The notes: generated by a model not told the origin, from the sequence alone. A stretch of 64,000 bases of DNA from Bdellovibrionales bacterium (GCA_965219095.1 CBDCMT010000001.1:1664001-1728000), one strand, 5' to 3'; counted from the stretch's first letter, positions 21,578 to 33,821 are shown. Program-made: numbers and translations.

Positions 21578-22398
21578 GCTTGTTTGAGGTACTGTCGAGA
21601 AACTTTGGATTCATTTTTATATATGAAAGCATGAGCTAAATAACTTAAATCTTTTAAACTAGAATCACAAAAAGAAGCAGCTACCTCTTTTTTCAAACAC
21701 CTTCTTGAAATTTTATTTTCATCAAATAAAAAAAGAGACTTTTTAAGTCGCCCCTCTAAAGAAAAGGAACTTTCCTTTTTTACTTCATCACAAAAAGATT
21801 TTAAAGGTGCATTTTTTTTAAAAGAAGCCAACTCTCTTTTATAGGAAAAACGCTCCCTTTCTTCCATAAAGATCATAAATAAAAAAATCCATAAAAAACT
21901 AATAGCAAAAACAAGACAGTAGGAAAGACTTTTCAGAGAGGAAGAGCTTAAATAATAATCAGATTCTCTATTTTTAGAATGCGAGAGAACCAAAGAGTTT
22001 GCCACTTTATCTTGAAAAGTTTGCCTCTTTTGAGAATCTTTAAAGATCCTTAAAGAAGGTAAAAATACAAATGCTACATTTACTGCAGAAAATAAACCTC
22101 TTACAAGTCCAAAACAAAAACTCAAACGTCTCCCCTCTTCATCTACTGTATAAAGTCCCATAATAAGTTGCCCTAAAGTTTTTTCATACAAACTAAGACA
22201 AAAAGCTTCATACAAAGCCATACAAAGAAAAAAGATTAAAAAGGAATTTCCTAGGAAAGAAAACAAATTACAAAGAGGCCAGATCACGACAAAAAAATCT
22301 AGACAAAAGGCTGAAATTCTTGAAAAAGGTACAGCAAAATAAAGCCCCCTCTTTTGAGATTCATTCTCAAAAGAAGAAAAAAAGTTTTCTATGACCAT
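21541..22398 (-). CDS. RDD-family membrane protein
   Basis: RISAFCLD, TLGQLIMGL, TFQDKVANSLV. Confidence 0.8.
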   Translation of the reverse strand: MVIENFFSSFENESQKRGLYFAVPFSRISAFCLDFFVVIWPLCNLFSFLGNSFLIFFLCMALYEAFCLSLYEKTLGQLIMGLYTVDEEGRRLSFCFGLVRGLFSAVNVAFVFLPSLRIFKDSQKRQTFQDKVANSLVLSHSKNRESDYYLSSSSLKSLSYCLVFAISFLWIFLFMIFMEERERFSYKRELASFKKNAPLKSFCDEVKKESSFSLEGRLKKSLFLFDENKISRRCLKKEVAASFCDSSLKDLSYLAHAFIYKNESKVSRQYLKQACSLFLKERDYF

Positions 22399-22404
22399 GG
22401 AATC

Positions 22405-22432
22405 TTATCGGTTTAAAGGGATAAGAGCTTAA
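22405..22432 (-). promoter_or_regulatory. sigma28-like promoter
   Basis: TTAAG-N15-ACCGATAA, 6 nt before ATG 22398. Confidence 0.7.
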
Positions 22433-22437
22433 AAAAC

Positions 22438-23064
22438 TTACTTTGAAACAGGGTCAATCCTTAAGGATAGGAGATAACCTTTGGAATTGAGCTCAAAAAT
22501 CATGCTTGCTTTTTTGAATTTTTTCTTATCAAAGAGTGCATAGACGGCTTTTTTAGCTGTTTTCTTTTCTATGGCAAAAGAAGAGAAACTCACAGCCCAA
22601 CTTTTTTTATATTTTGTTATGAAGTTTTCAAAGCTTTTAAGTTGAATGATCTGCTCGTTCTGATGTTGAAAAGATAGAACTTTATTTCGAATGTACTTAA
22701 AGACGTAAGCTCCCTTCAACTCTTCGCCATAAGCCATTTTATCATTTAAAGTAGGTTCTTTTCCAAACCTTACTCTTATGTTCTTTGATGAAAAGGAATT
22801 CAAACGATTGAGAAGTTTTTTCTCTAAGTTTTTATCATCTTGAAGGGAGGCTAGATCCCTTGTAGATTCCTCACCTTTCAAAGTCATCCACTGAGCTTCT
22901 CTTAGAAGATAAGTGTTTGTCAGAGTGATAAGGCATAAAAACGCTAATATATAAAAAATAGAATCACCTCTAAAGCGAGAAGGTGAATCTGTTTGAGAAG
23001 AATTTTTAAAGTTTTTTTGAGGAAAATCAATAATTTTTCCTTTTTTATTATTTTTCATAAACAT
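22438..23064 (-). CDS. Hypothetical single-pass membrane protein
   Basis: 208-aa ORF, AGGAG RBS, one TM segment. Confidence 0.75.
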   Translation of the reverse strand: MFMKNNKKGKIIDFPQKNFKNSSQTDSPSRFRGDSIFYILAFLCLITLTNTYLLREAQWMTLKGEESTRDLASLQDDKNLEKKLLNRLNSFSSKNIRVRFGKEPTLNDKMAYGEELKGAYVFKYIRNKVLSFQHQNEQIIQLKSFENFITKYKKSWAVSFSSFAIEKKTAKKAVYALFDKKKFKKASMIFELNSKGYLLSLRIDPVSK

Positions 23065-23087
23065 ACTCCTATTATACTATTCTTTCA

Positions 23088-23104
23088 TGCGAAATTCATG
23101 CCAA
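23088..23104 (-). promoter_or_regulatory. sigma54 -24/-12 promoter
   Basis: TTGGCATGAATTTCGCA (GG-N10-GC) 23 nt upstream of the start codon. Confidence 0.65.
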
Positions 23105-23133
23105 AGTGATGGGACGCAATATACTAAGACCTT

Positions 23134-23154
23134 AGTGTTTAAAAAATAGACACT
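23134..23154. promoter_or_regulatory. Palindromic operator AGTGT-N11-ACACT
   Basis: AGTGTTTAAAAAATAGACACT upstream of the sigma54 promoter. Confidence 0.55.
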
Positions 23155-23274
23155 TGTTACATCTTTACAGATCAATTTTTGTTTTTTCACTCTTAAACTT
23201 CTATTCACTTTTACTTTCATGTAAAGTTTATACATATAAAGTTCATATGAACCTTATAAGAATTCTTTATTCAG

Positions 23275-23634
23275 CTACGCAACTCTTCTTTTACGGATTA
23301 AAGACAAGGCGATATTGTACTGTTTGAGTTTTCTATAAAGAGTGGCACGACCAATTTTTAATTCCCTTGATACTTCTGTAAGGTTGCCTCTACATTCCTT
23401 AATGGCATTTTCTATGGCTTGTTTTTCTAAATCAGCAATGGATATGACCTTAGAATCCTCATAATGAATGTCAGTGTTCGTATAAGAATTTACAGGCATA
23501 TCTTTTTGTAAACCTATCGGCAAACTAGGCTCTTGTTTTATTTCTATAACTTCCATATCCCACTGAGAGCAAAAAGAATGAAGATGTTGGAGTAACAAAG
23601 AATCTTGACTTAAGACATATACTTTACTTTTCAT
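23275..23634 (-). CDS. Standalone Fis-type HTH protein
   Basis: LEKQAIENAIKECRGNLTEVSRELKIGRATLYRKLKQY. Confidence 0.88.
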   Translation of the reverse strand: MKSKVYVLSQDSLLLQHLHSFCSQWDMEVIEIKQEPSLPIGLQKDMPVNSYTNTDIHYEDSKVISIADLEKQAIENAIKECRGNLTEVSRELKIGRATLYRKLKQYNIALSLIRKRRVA

Positions 23635-23655
23635 AATAAACCTCCTACAAGCTTT

Positions 23656-23683
23656 TTATCGGAAAGGTACTCCCTAAACTTTA
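23656..23683 (-). promoter_or_regulatory. sigma28-like promoter
   Basis: TAAAG-N15-TCCGATAA. Confidence 0.7.
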
Positions 23684-23928
23684 GTCTCTTGAATGAATTT
23701 TTTACACTCAAATCAAAATGACAGCATCTGAGAAAAATAAAACCTCCAATAAAAATATCAAAATTCTGTATGCTTCATATTGAGACAGTTGCAATTTCTC
23801 TTACTTCTTGAAATTACTATATTTTAAAAAAATTAGTTACACAATTTCGGTAAATAGAAAAAGCAAGGTCACTTTGAAGGTCTTTTTTAACCTTATAAGG
23901 TTCCTTAAAGAAAGGGTTAGATTCTAAC

Positions 23929-24498
23929 TTAATGTTTAATTTTTGGACCTACTAAACCATCAAAATAACTTTCTGAATTTCTTAGATTTAGGTTAAAAAA
24001 GAAGGCTTTATTTTTTTTTGATGAATTTAAGAAGTCTAAAAGTTTAACCATTCTGGGTAAAGATATGCCCATATAAAATTTTAAGCTGTCAAATTTTTCA
24101 TACTTTTCTTTTGAGACTTCTAAAAAAGAAGCCACTTCTTCAATAGTTTTTCCTGACTGTACTCTAATATTATTTAATTTATAGGTAATGCACAATTTGA
24201 GAAAGAGGTCTGAGGATTCTTCCTTGCTCAATTTAAAAAATGAGATTAAAGGTTTGAAGTATTCTAGAGGAATAGGAGCTTTTTTGCTTTCCCATTTCGA
24301 TATGTCTTCTTCTAAAAGGTTAAATTTTTTTGCTAATTCACCTTGGCTGAGATCTAATTTCAAACGATTGTCGCGAAAAGTTCTACCGATCCAAAATACA
24401 TGGAGAGTACCTTTAATTGTTTTTTGTATTTGTCTCTTAACTCTTTCCGACTGTTCTTTTATTTTAGCCTGTTCTTTTTTATCGTCTTTTTTACTCAT
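23929..24498 (-). CDS. XRE-family protein with two HTH domains
   Basis: RLKLDLSQGELAK..ISKWES and RVQSGKTIEEVASFLEVS. Confidence 0.75.
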   Translation of the reverse strand: MSKKDDKKEQAKIKEQSERVKRQIQKTIKGTLHVFWIGRTFRDNRLKLDLSQGELAKKFNLLEEDISKWESKKAPIPLEYFKPLISFFKLSKEESSDLFLKLCITYKLNNIRVQSGKTIEEVASFLEVSKEKYEKFDSLKFYMGISLPRMVKLLDFLNSSKKNKAFFFNLNLRNSESYFDGLVGPKIKH

Positions 24499-24674
24499 TT
24501 TTGTTCTCCTAACTGTAATGATTTAATACAACTTTTTTTTTCATTTTTTCTTCTCTTAAACCTCTGTAAGGCCACTTTTATTCTTGGGAGTGGTCAAAAT
24601 TCTTCGTTAAATTCAATTACTTTGCCATTAATGAGACTCTACTCCATCTAAGCATCCTCCACCTTTCGCATGTA

Positions 24675-25413
24675 TACTGATTGCATTTCAAAATCCCACA
24701 TTAATTTTTTAGGAAGAATCATACACATGGAAGTTGTAGGTCAAGAGGCTGTGTAATTCTTTGTTATATTTTCTTGAAAATCGAAAAAAAGAGGTGCAAG
24801 CAGTTTGAAATTCATAAAATGTTTCATAGTATCTGTTGTAAAGAACCTTTTTCTTGAAAAACTTCCAATATCGCTCTATTGGATTAAGATTAGGGTTGTA
24901 AGCTGGCAAAAAAAATAACGTTATGTTTAGCTTTTTAGTCGTCTTCTTCACTAAATCTGACTGATGAGATCGTGCTTGATCTAATACAACAACAAGCTCT
25001 TTGGAAGAACCAGGTTGACGTCTCAGATCTTTTAAAAATTGAGACACCGTTTCAAGAGAAAGCTTGGAACGTTTGGTACTGTTCTCATAATCATCTGCTA
25101 TTAAAAGGCTTATTTCACCTTCTTTATACTTCTGAAGCCATCGGTTAATAGAACTAGAACTCAGATCAAGAAAAAATAGCTCCCATATCTTACGCTGACT
25201 ATAACCATCATCTAAAAGAAGAATGATATGGAGCCGATAAGCATATCTTTTCTTATCTTCTCGATTTAATGCTGATAAAAGCTCTTGATGCTTTTTTTTT
25301 GATAACAAAACTCCCATAAAAGATATTGTTTACATAGAACTCTATGTTATCAAGACATTTTGACAAAAACTAGACCCCACTTTCTGTGTATGGATTTTGA
25401 AGTGCAATCAGTA
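24675..25413 (-). mobile_element. IS630-family element (type 2), internally deleted
   Basis: TIRs TACTGATTGCATTTCAAAATCC / GGATTTTGAAGTGCAATCAGTA, TA duplication; 202-aa ORF joins HTH to LDQARSH..PAYNPNLNPIERYW. Confidence 0.9.
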
Positions 25414-25425
25414 TAGTAAATCTTC

Positions 25426-25528
25426 GAGATTGTCCGTAAAGTCGTTAGGGTTTGAAGAAGGGGTTCCCCTGAGCTAAACTCAGGGTATTATAAACAAACC
25501 AGAAGGGAGCCCCAAATGAAAGATACAC
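25426..25528 (+). mobile_element. IS256-like left-end remnant
   Basis: GAGATTGTCCGTAAAGTCGTTAG followed by RBS and ATG, cut by IS66; related end at 38144. Confidence 0.45.
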
Positions 25529-26527
25529 GTAACTGCTCACCTACATTGTTCAGTTATCCCTAACTTTAGACCTGTTTTAAGATAAAAGTCTTGCTCTTAC
25601 AGATTTTCTTTTAAATACTTTTTTCAAATGACAATAAATAAGACCTCCATCAGAAATGAGATTGAAAATATAAGAAGTGACTTTGATAAGTTTGCAAAGA
25701 AAGGTTCTGTGCCTACTGAGATTTCTGTGATTGTTGAATCTCTCTTTAAGGTTGTGAACATTCTGATTGTTGTGTTTTTAGAAAAACAGGTTCGAAAAAA
25801 TTCCAGCAACAGCGGTCTTCCTCCTTCGCAAGATTTTAGTCGTCAAGGGAATTGTAATAAGAAAGCTAGTGGGAGTCAGAAAAAGGGCTCTAGACTTGAT
25901 AACAGTAAAGATACAAAACAGCGAGGAGACTGTCTCTCCCTCAGAGTGTTCTCAGTGTGGGATGTGTTTAAAGACAGCAGAGGTAAAAAGCCTTGAGAAG
26001 CGTAAAAAGATTGATATTTTTTATGAAATTCAGACCCATACTGTAACTTCTGAAGTTAAGGATTGTCCCTCATGTGGAGCTAGAAATAAAGGTCAATTCC
26101 CTAAAGGTATGAGTGGTCCTCTTCAGTATGGTATAGGCATTAGAGCTTCCATCATCAATTTCATTATAGTTCAGATGCTGTCTTTTAGAGCGTGTTGGGG
26201 AACATTACATGGGGCTTATAGGTCGAATGATTTTTCCTGCAGTTATGTTGAGATACATTGCTGAATTAGGAGAGTTTCTTAAAAGTTGGGAAGAGCAGAT
26301 GAAAGAAAAGATACTTGAATCAGAGGTCATTCATGTTGATGAGACCTCTATGAGGGTTAAGGGTAAAAACTACTGGATTCATACTTATAGTTCAGGAGAA
26401 TTAGTCTTGCAGTTTCTCCACCTTTCAGGTGGAAGGGAAGCCATAAAAGATATTGGTCTCTTGGATAGATATGGAGGAGTGCTTGTGCATGATTGTTGGA
26501 GTCCTTACTTTTGTTATGATAAGATAA

Positions 26528-27798
26528 TACCAATTACAGAAATTAATTCGACATTTTTATGTTCAAATTTAAAATTTTAAAATTGACTTAAGGAAAAGTT
26601 TCAATTAGGAGGCTTTAAAAAAGTTTTTTTTGAAGGGAGGTTGAGTTTTCATAAGATATGTTTATTTTATGTATATCTATTGTTGTGTGAATCGATTGAT
26701 GGGTTAAAATAAGTGTAAAAAAGTGAGGTTAAGATGTAAAATGAAAAAAATCAGTTACGCAATTTAATTTATAGGTTCAAATTAATTTACAAGCTTGATT
26801 CATCTTGTTGTTTTGTCCAAGATCGAGTGCATAATTTTTTAATCCTGCCCTCCTGATCGCAAAAAGTATTCCAGGCCTCACAACAAGTATTCAGTATATG
26901 GTCATAGTTTTTAAAACATGCATTCGATAATTTGATCCTTCGTAATTGTTGCCAGACTTGTTCCATGGGATTTAATTCTGGACTATAAGGAGGTAAAGGC
27001 ATCAGGGATAAATTCTTAGGAACTATCAAAGTCTCTGTGGTATGCCAACTGGCTCTGTCCATTAAAACAATTCCATGATAGTTTTCTTGAATATTTTTAG
27101 ATATCTCATCTAAGTGAATTTGCATCATCCCTGAATTACATTCCGGTAAAACCCAAGCACAGCCTTTATCTTTATCCGGACAAACTGCTCCAAAAATATA
27201 AGTGGATAAAAATTGTCTTTGTCTCACAACTCTAGGTCGTGTGCCTTTTCTTGCCCAAATCCTGCTTAAAGAACCTTGCTGGCCTATTCTGCATTCATCC
27301 TGCCACCAAATCTCTATTTTATGAGTCTGAATCTTTTCCTTTATTTTCTCCACCTCTTCTGGAAAATGTTCCTTAAACTGTTCCATAGCTTCTTGTGAAG
27401 TTTTAGGATGAAGAGAACGACCACTGATCCATACAATATTAAGACGGTCTAAAGAAACATAAACCCCAGAAAGAGAATAGCAACAGTCAAATTCATTTGC
27501 TAAAAGTTCCTGTATTCCCTTTGCTCCTATGCTTCCTCCTTCTCTCTTGTCTTGAATTTCATCTAACTTGATTTTGAAGTTCTCTTCTTCTGTCACTGGT
27601 AAACGAGGCTTGCGCCCTCTGCCTTCTCGATCTATCAACCCCTCGTAATCAAAGTCTACAAAAGACTGTAACCAGGATTTGATACTGTGACGGTGATAGA
27701 AAACTATACTTGCTGTTTCTTGAATCGATTTTCCTTCTTGCATATGCTGCAAAGCTTGGAGTTTTATCTTGATGTTGGCACTTCTTTCTACTTTGTAA
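26528..27798 (-). mobile_element. IS630 type 1 copy 1 (open frame, left end missing)
   Basis: Right TIR TACCAATTACAGAAATTAATTCGAC; ORF with WQDECRIG, MDRASWH, PPYSPELNPMEQVW. Confidence 0.92.
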
Positions 27799-29207
27799 TA
27801 CCAATTACAGAAATTAATTCGACATTTTTATGTTCAAATTTAAAATTTTAAAATTGACTTAAGGAAAAGTTTCAATTAGGAGGCTTTAAAAAAGTTTTTT
27901 TTGAAGGGAGGTTGAGTTTTCATAAGATATGTTTATTTTATGTATATCTATTGTTGTGTGAATCGATTGATGGGTTAAAATAAGTGTAAAAAAGTGAAGT
28001 TAAGATGTAAAATGAAAAAAATCAGTTACGCAATTTAATTTATAGGTTCAAATTAATTTACAAGCTTGATTCATCTTGTTGTTTTGCCCAAGATCGAGTG
28101 CATAATTTTTTAATCCTGCCCTCCTGATCGCAAAAAGTATTCCAGGCCTCACAACAAGTATTCAGTATATGGTCATAGTTTTTAAAACATGCATTCGATA
28201 ATTTGATCCTTCGTAATTGTTGCCAGACTTGTTCCATGGGATTTAATTCTGGACTATAAGGAGGTAAAGGCACATCAGGGATAAATTCTTAGGAACTATC
28301 AAAGTCTCTGTGGTATGCCAACTGGCTCTGTCCATTAAAACAATTCCATGATAGTTTTCTTGAATATTTTTAGATATCTCATCTAAGTGAATTTGCATCA
28401 TCCCTGAATTACATTCCGGTAAAACCCAAGCACAGCCTTTATCTTTATCCGGACAAACTGCTCCAAAAATATAAGTGGATAAAAATTGTCTTTGTCTCAC
28501 AACTCTAGGTCGTGTGCCTTTTCTTGCCCAAATCCTGCTTAAAGAACCTTGCTGAGCTTATTCTGCATTCATCCTGCCACCAAATCTCTATTTTATGAGT
28601 CTGAATCTTTTCCTTTATTTTCTCCACCTCTTCTGGAAAATGTTCCTTAAACTGTTCCATAGCTTCTTAATGAACTTTTAGGATGAAGAGAACGACCACT
28701 GATCCATACAATATTAAGACGGTCTAAAGAAACATAAACCCCAGAAAGAGAATAGCAACAGTCAAATTCATTTGCTAAAAGTTCCTGTATTCCCTTTGCT
28801 CCTATGCTTCCTCCTTCTCTCTTGTCTTGAATTTCATCTAACTTGATTTTGAAGTTCTCTTCTTCTGTCACTGGTAAACGAGGCTTGCGCCCTCTGCCTT
28901 CTCGATCTATCAACCCCTCGTAATCAAAGTCTACAAAAGACTGTAACCAGGATTTGATACTGTGACGGTGATAGAAAACTATACTTGCTGTTTCTTGAAT
29001 CGATTTTCCTTCTTGCATATGCTGCAAAGCTTGGAGTTTTATCTTGATGTTGGCACTTCTTTCTACTTTGTAAGTAGCTAGAAAATCATACCCTTGAATT
29101 TGTGTAACTAAATCTTTTTTCGACACTCTAAAAATTTAACAGAGTTTGATCAAAAAGCCAGGACGCTATGCGTTAAAAGAATGTCGAATTAATTTTTGGA
29201 AATGGTA
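27799..29207 (-). mobile_element. IS630 type 1 copy 2 (both ends, frameshifted)
   Basis: TIRs at both ends; transposase split into 28647-29126, 28243-28500, 28058-28273. Confidence 0.92.
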
Positions 29208-29745
29208 TAACTCATGCTTTGTGTGTGGCTCACCTTTTGAGAGAGCTTAAATTTATAGAAGAAAGCAATGGATTCAAATGGGCTACAAATCTCAAAAAAC
29301 TTCTTAAAGAGACTGTGGAGTTAGTTCATAAAAAAGAGTCAAGAGTTCTGACTCAAAAAGAGTACGAAACTCTTCAGAGAAGGTATAGGAGTATTCTTAC
29401 AAAAGGCTTAAAAGAGCTTCCAGAATTTCCTAAGAAAAATGGCAAGAAAGGACGAATAAAGCATACACAAGCTCAAAACCTTTGGCTGCGATTTAAAAAG
29501 TATGAAGCAGAAATACTGTGTTTTGCTAAAAGAAAGAACGTAGATCCTACTAATAACAGAGCTGAAAGAGATCTAAGAATGACTAAAGTGAAAAAGAAAG
29601 TGTCAGGGTGTTTCAGAACAGAAGAAATGGCGAAATATTTTTGTCGCATTACCAGCTATGTTAAAACAATGAGAAATAGAGGGTATTCTTCTTTAGAAGC
29701 CATCTCTATGGCTTTAAATAAAAACTTACGAGAGTGAGCAGTTAC

Positions 29746-30606
29746 GTTTTCTTGAATATTTTTAGATATCTCATCTAAGTGAATTTGCATCATCCCTGAA
29801 TTACATTCCGGTAAAATCCAAGCACAGCCTTTATCTCTATCCGGACAAACTGCTCCAAAAATATAAGTGGATAAAAATTGTCTTTGTCTCACCATTCTAG
29901 GCCGTGTGCCTTTTCTTGCCCAAATCCTGCTTAAAGAACCTTGTTGAGCTTATTCTGCATTCATCCTGCCACCAAATCTCTATTTTATGAGTCTGAATCT
30001 TTTCTTTTATTTTCTCTACCTCTTCTGGAAAATGTTCCTTAAACTGTTCCATAGCTTCTTAATGAACTTTTAGGATGAAAAGAACGACCACTGATCCATA
30101 CAATATTAAGGCGGTCTAAAGAAACATAAACCCTAAAAGAGAATAGCAACTATCACAATTCATCTGCTAAAAGTTCCTGTATTCCCTTTGCTCCTATGCT
30201 TCCTCCTTCTCTTTTGTCTTGAATTTCATCTAACTTGATTTTAAAGTTCTCCTCTTCTGTCACTGGCAAACGAGGCTTGCGTCCTCTGCCTTCTCGATCT
30301 ATCAATCCCTCGTAATCAAAGTCTACAAAAAAAGACTGTAACCAGGATTTGATACTGTGACGATGATAGAAAACTATACCTAGCTGTTTCTTGAATCGAT
30401 TTTCCTTCTTGCATATAGTGCAAAGCTTGGAGTTTTATCTTGATGTTGGCACTTCTTTCTACTTTGTAAGTAGCTAGAAAATTATACCCTTGAATCTGTG
30501 TAACTAAATCTTTTTTCGACATGACTCTAAAAATTTAACAGAGTTTTATCAAAAAGCCAGGACGCAATGCGTTAAAAAAATGTCGAATTAATTTTTGGAA
30601 ATGGTA
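29746..30606 (-). mobile_element. IS630 type 1 copy 3, 3'-truncated by IS66
   Basis: Left TIR ends GGAAATGGTA; frameshifted transposase. Confidence 0.9.
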
Positions 30607-30609
30607 TAA

Positions 30610-30809
30610 GCAGAAGAAAAACCTCCTTTATTTTTGGGAACCAGTTCTGGATGCTGCTGTATGAGAGGGGTTAAAAAATCATCGACAAGAACATAAATTG
30701 ATATGATATAATTAGAATTAAACATCTTAGACCTCCTTGTATGTTTTTTTATAACTCTCAAGGTGTTTTTTCTTGTAAGTTGTTTTTTCAAGAAAACCTT
30801 ACAAAAATC
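30610..30809 (-). mobile_element. IS982 5' fragment
   Basis: Reverse complement of about 4860-5060 (MFNSNYIISIYVLVDDF). Confidence 0.85.
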
Positions 30810-32317
30810 GGCTCCTCCCGGGAATCTGTGGGTGAAAAGTAGTAGAAATCCCCCAAAAAGGCTCATATTAATCAAAGTAAGAGTAAGACATCCTATCTTG
30901 TATTTTTGAGTTCTTTGAGGCCTTTACTGGCCTCTATCACCTCCGGTGATTGAACTCAAAAACATTCTTTTATTTGCTGTATTACATTAAAATTTTAAAA
31001 AAGAAGCACCTACTTCCCAGATGCCTTAAAATGTTATTCAAAAAAAAAAAAAGGAGGGAAGAGATGCTTTTGAAGACTATACTAAATGATTGTTTAAAAT
31101 GGAAGTCTTTTGTATACGGAGACATTTATTTTTCAAAAGATAGAAAGTCAATTAATGTTCCTATTAAGGCTCGTAAAAATGGCCAAGCTTTTTGTAGTGT
31201 TTGTAAGAAGCCCTGTTCAGTGTATGACAGCAGTAAATCATCACGGGACTTTGAATCCCTTCCTATTTTAAGTTACAGGGTGTTTTTTGTTTATTTTGTA
31301 AGAAGAGTTAATTGTCCTTGCTGTGGAGTAAAAGTTGAGTATTTACCTTGGGCAGATGGGAAGAAAAACCTAACAATTTTTTACATGAAGTACTTAGCTG
31401 ACTGGTGTCGTCACCTGTCTTGGAAAGAGGTTTCTTGTAAGTTTCATGTCAGTTGGAATCAGGTCTATGCTTCGGTAGAATGGGTCGTAGAATATGGTTT
31501 AAAACAAAGGGTTTTAAAGGGAATACAAGCTATAGGTGTAGATGAAATACAATGGAAAAAGAACCATCAGTATCTCACCTTAGTCTATGAAATAAGCAAA
31601 GAAAGTGTTCGTTTGCTATGGATAGGAGAAAAAAGAACAGAAAAGAGTTTTAGAAAATTCTTTGATTTACTAGGAGAGAAGTCAAAAGATATACGGTTTG
31701 TGTGTTCTGATATGTGGAAGCCTTATTTAAAAGTCATAAAGGAGAGGGCAAGTGGAGCTTTACACATATTAGATCGGTTTCATATCGTAGCAAGACTCAA
31801 TAAGGCTTTAGACGAAGTGAGAGCTTCAGAACACAAAAAAATGAAAGAAGACGGGTATGAACCCCTTTTAACAAAAGCTAGATGGCCCTTGTTAAAAAAT
31901 GCAGAAAATTTAAAATCTTATGAAAAAGTAAAATTAAGGCATTTAATACAGTACAATTTAAAAAGTATCCGCTGTTATTTTTTAAAAGAAGACTTCCGAC
32001 AGTTATGGACCTATGTTTCACCAACTTGGGCTGGTAAATTTATAGACAGTTGGACGAGACGAGTCATGCTTTCAAAAATTGAACCTATGAAAAGAGAAGC
32101 AAAAACCATACGAAGACATAAGCTACTTATTCTTAATTACTTCAAGGCTAAAAAAACCTTCTCCTCAGGGATTGTAGAGGGTTTAAACAACAAAGTAAAA
32201 CTCACTATGAGAAAATCTTACGGCTTTAGAACCTCTAAAGCTATAAAAATCGCCTTATATCATAACCTTGGAAAACTGCCAGAACCTCCGGGAACCCACA
32301 GATTCTTTTGAGGAGGC
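30810..32317 (+). mobile_element. ISL3-family element, apparently intact transposase (ATG 31064-32311)
   Basis: IRL GGCTCCTCCCGGGAATCTGTGGGT, IRR ACCCACAGATTCTTTTGAGGAGGC; GVDEI, SDMWKPY, DRFHIV, VEGLNNKVK, YGFR. Confidence 0.95.
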
Positions 32318-32481
32318 TGTTTTTTTTACAATGTGTAAAGGAAGAGTCATTAAAAAATGGAAAGGAAATGCAGGAAGTTTTCTCTTAGGTGATTAGAATA
32401 TTCGTGACCGTATGCAAAAAAAATTTTTTATATTTTTTGTAAATGGAGAAGTGTTTCTTCTTGACATACTTTTTGATAGAC
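32318..32481 (+). mobile_element. IS110 right-end remnant
   Basis: Reverse complement of 56537-56700, ends TTGACATACTTTTTGATAGAC. Confidence 0.85.
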
Positions 32482-33682
32482 ATTTTTATGTTCAAATTTA
32501 AAATTTTAAAATTGACTTAAGGAAAAGCTTCAGTTAGGAGATTTTAAAAAAACTTCTTTTAAGGTGAGTTTAAGTTTTCATAAGATATGTTTATTTCATG
32601 TACATCTATTTGTTGTGTGAATCGATTGATGGGTTAAAATAAGTGAAAAAAAGTGAGGGTAAAATTTAAAATGAAAAAAATCAGTTACACAATTTAATTT
32701 ATAGGTTCAAATTAATTTACAAGCTTGATTCATCTTGTTGTTTTGCCCAAGATCGAGTGCATAATTTTTTAATCCTGCCCTCCTGATCGCAAAAAGTATT
32801 CCAGGCCTCACAACAAGTATTCACTATATGGTCATAGTTTTTAAAACATGCATTCGATAATTTGATCCTTCGTAATTGTTGCCAGACTTGTTCCATGGGA
32901 TTTAATTCTGGACTATCCGGACAAACTGCTCCAAAAATATAAGTGGATAAAAATTGTCTTTGCCTCACAACTCTAGGCCGTGTGCCTTTTCTTGCCCAAA
33001 TCCTACTCAAAGAACCTTGCTGAGCTTATTCTGCATTCATCCTGCCACCAAATCTCTATTTTATGAGTCTGAATCTTTTCTTTTATTTTCTCCACCTCTT
33101 CTGGAAAATGTTCCTTAAACTGTTCCATAGCTTCTTAATGAACTTTTAGGATGAAGAGAACGACCACTGATACATACAATATTAAGGCGGTCTAAAGAAA
33201 CATAAACCCCAGAAAGAGAATAGCAACAGTCAAATTCATCTGCTAAAAGTTCCTGTATTCCCTTTGCTCCTATGCTGCCTCCTTCTCTTTTGTCTTGAAT
33301 TTCATCTAACTTGATTTTGAACCTCTCTTCTTCTGTCACTGGCAAACGAGGCTTGCGTCCTCTGCCTTCTCGATCTATCAATCCCTCGTAATCAAAGTCT
33401 ACAAAAAAAGACTGTAACCAAGATTTGATACTGTGACGATGATAGAAAACCATATTTAGCTGTTTCTTGAATCGATTTTCCGTCTTGCATATGCTGCAAA
33501 GCTTGGAGTTTTATCTTGATGTTGGCACTTCTTTCTACTTTGTAAGTAGCCAGAAAATCATACCCTTGAATCTGTGTAACTAAATCTTTTTTCGACATGA
33601 CTCTAAAAATTTAACAGAGTTTGATCAAAAAGCCAGGACGCAATGAGTTAAAAGAATGTCGAATTAATTTTTGGAAATGGTA
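32482..33682 (-). mobile_element. IS630 type 1 copy 4, internally deleted; outer right TIR replaced by IS110 end
   Basis: Homology to 27799-29207. Confidence 0.9.
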
Positions 33683-33780
33683 TAAAGGAGAAATTAGCTT
33701 CTTCTATGGTTTGGTTAATTAATTGACAACACATCCTAGGCCTCTTAGGAAGGTCTAGTTGAGTGAGCATCTTTAATTTG

Positions 33781-33821
33781 GACCATACTCCAAATATATC
33801 GGATATTTTGGGAGTATGGTC
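33781..33821. promoter_or_regulatory. Inverted repeat upstream of the ATPase gene
   Basis: GACCATACTCC-N19-GGAGTATGGTC. Confidence 0.45.

Larger units (their letters stand above)
25529..29745 (+). mobile_element. IS66 type B copy 2, interrupted by an IS630 tandem
   Basis: Both TIRs present; sequence resumes at 29208 after a TAA duplication. Confidence 0.92.

Noticed and set aside
31040..31052. Poly-A run as a programmed frameshift in ISL3
   Set aside because: It lies upstream of the RBS and likely start at 31064, and the transposase frame is already open.
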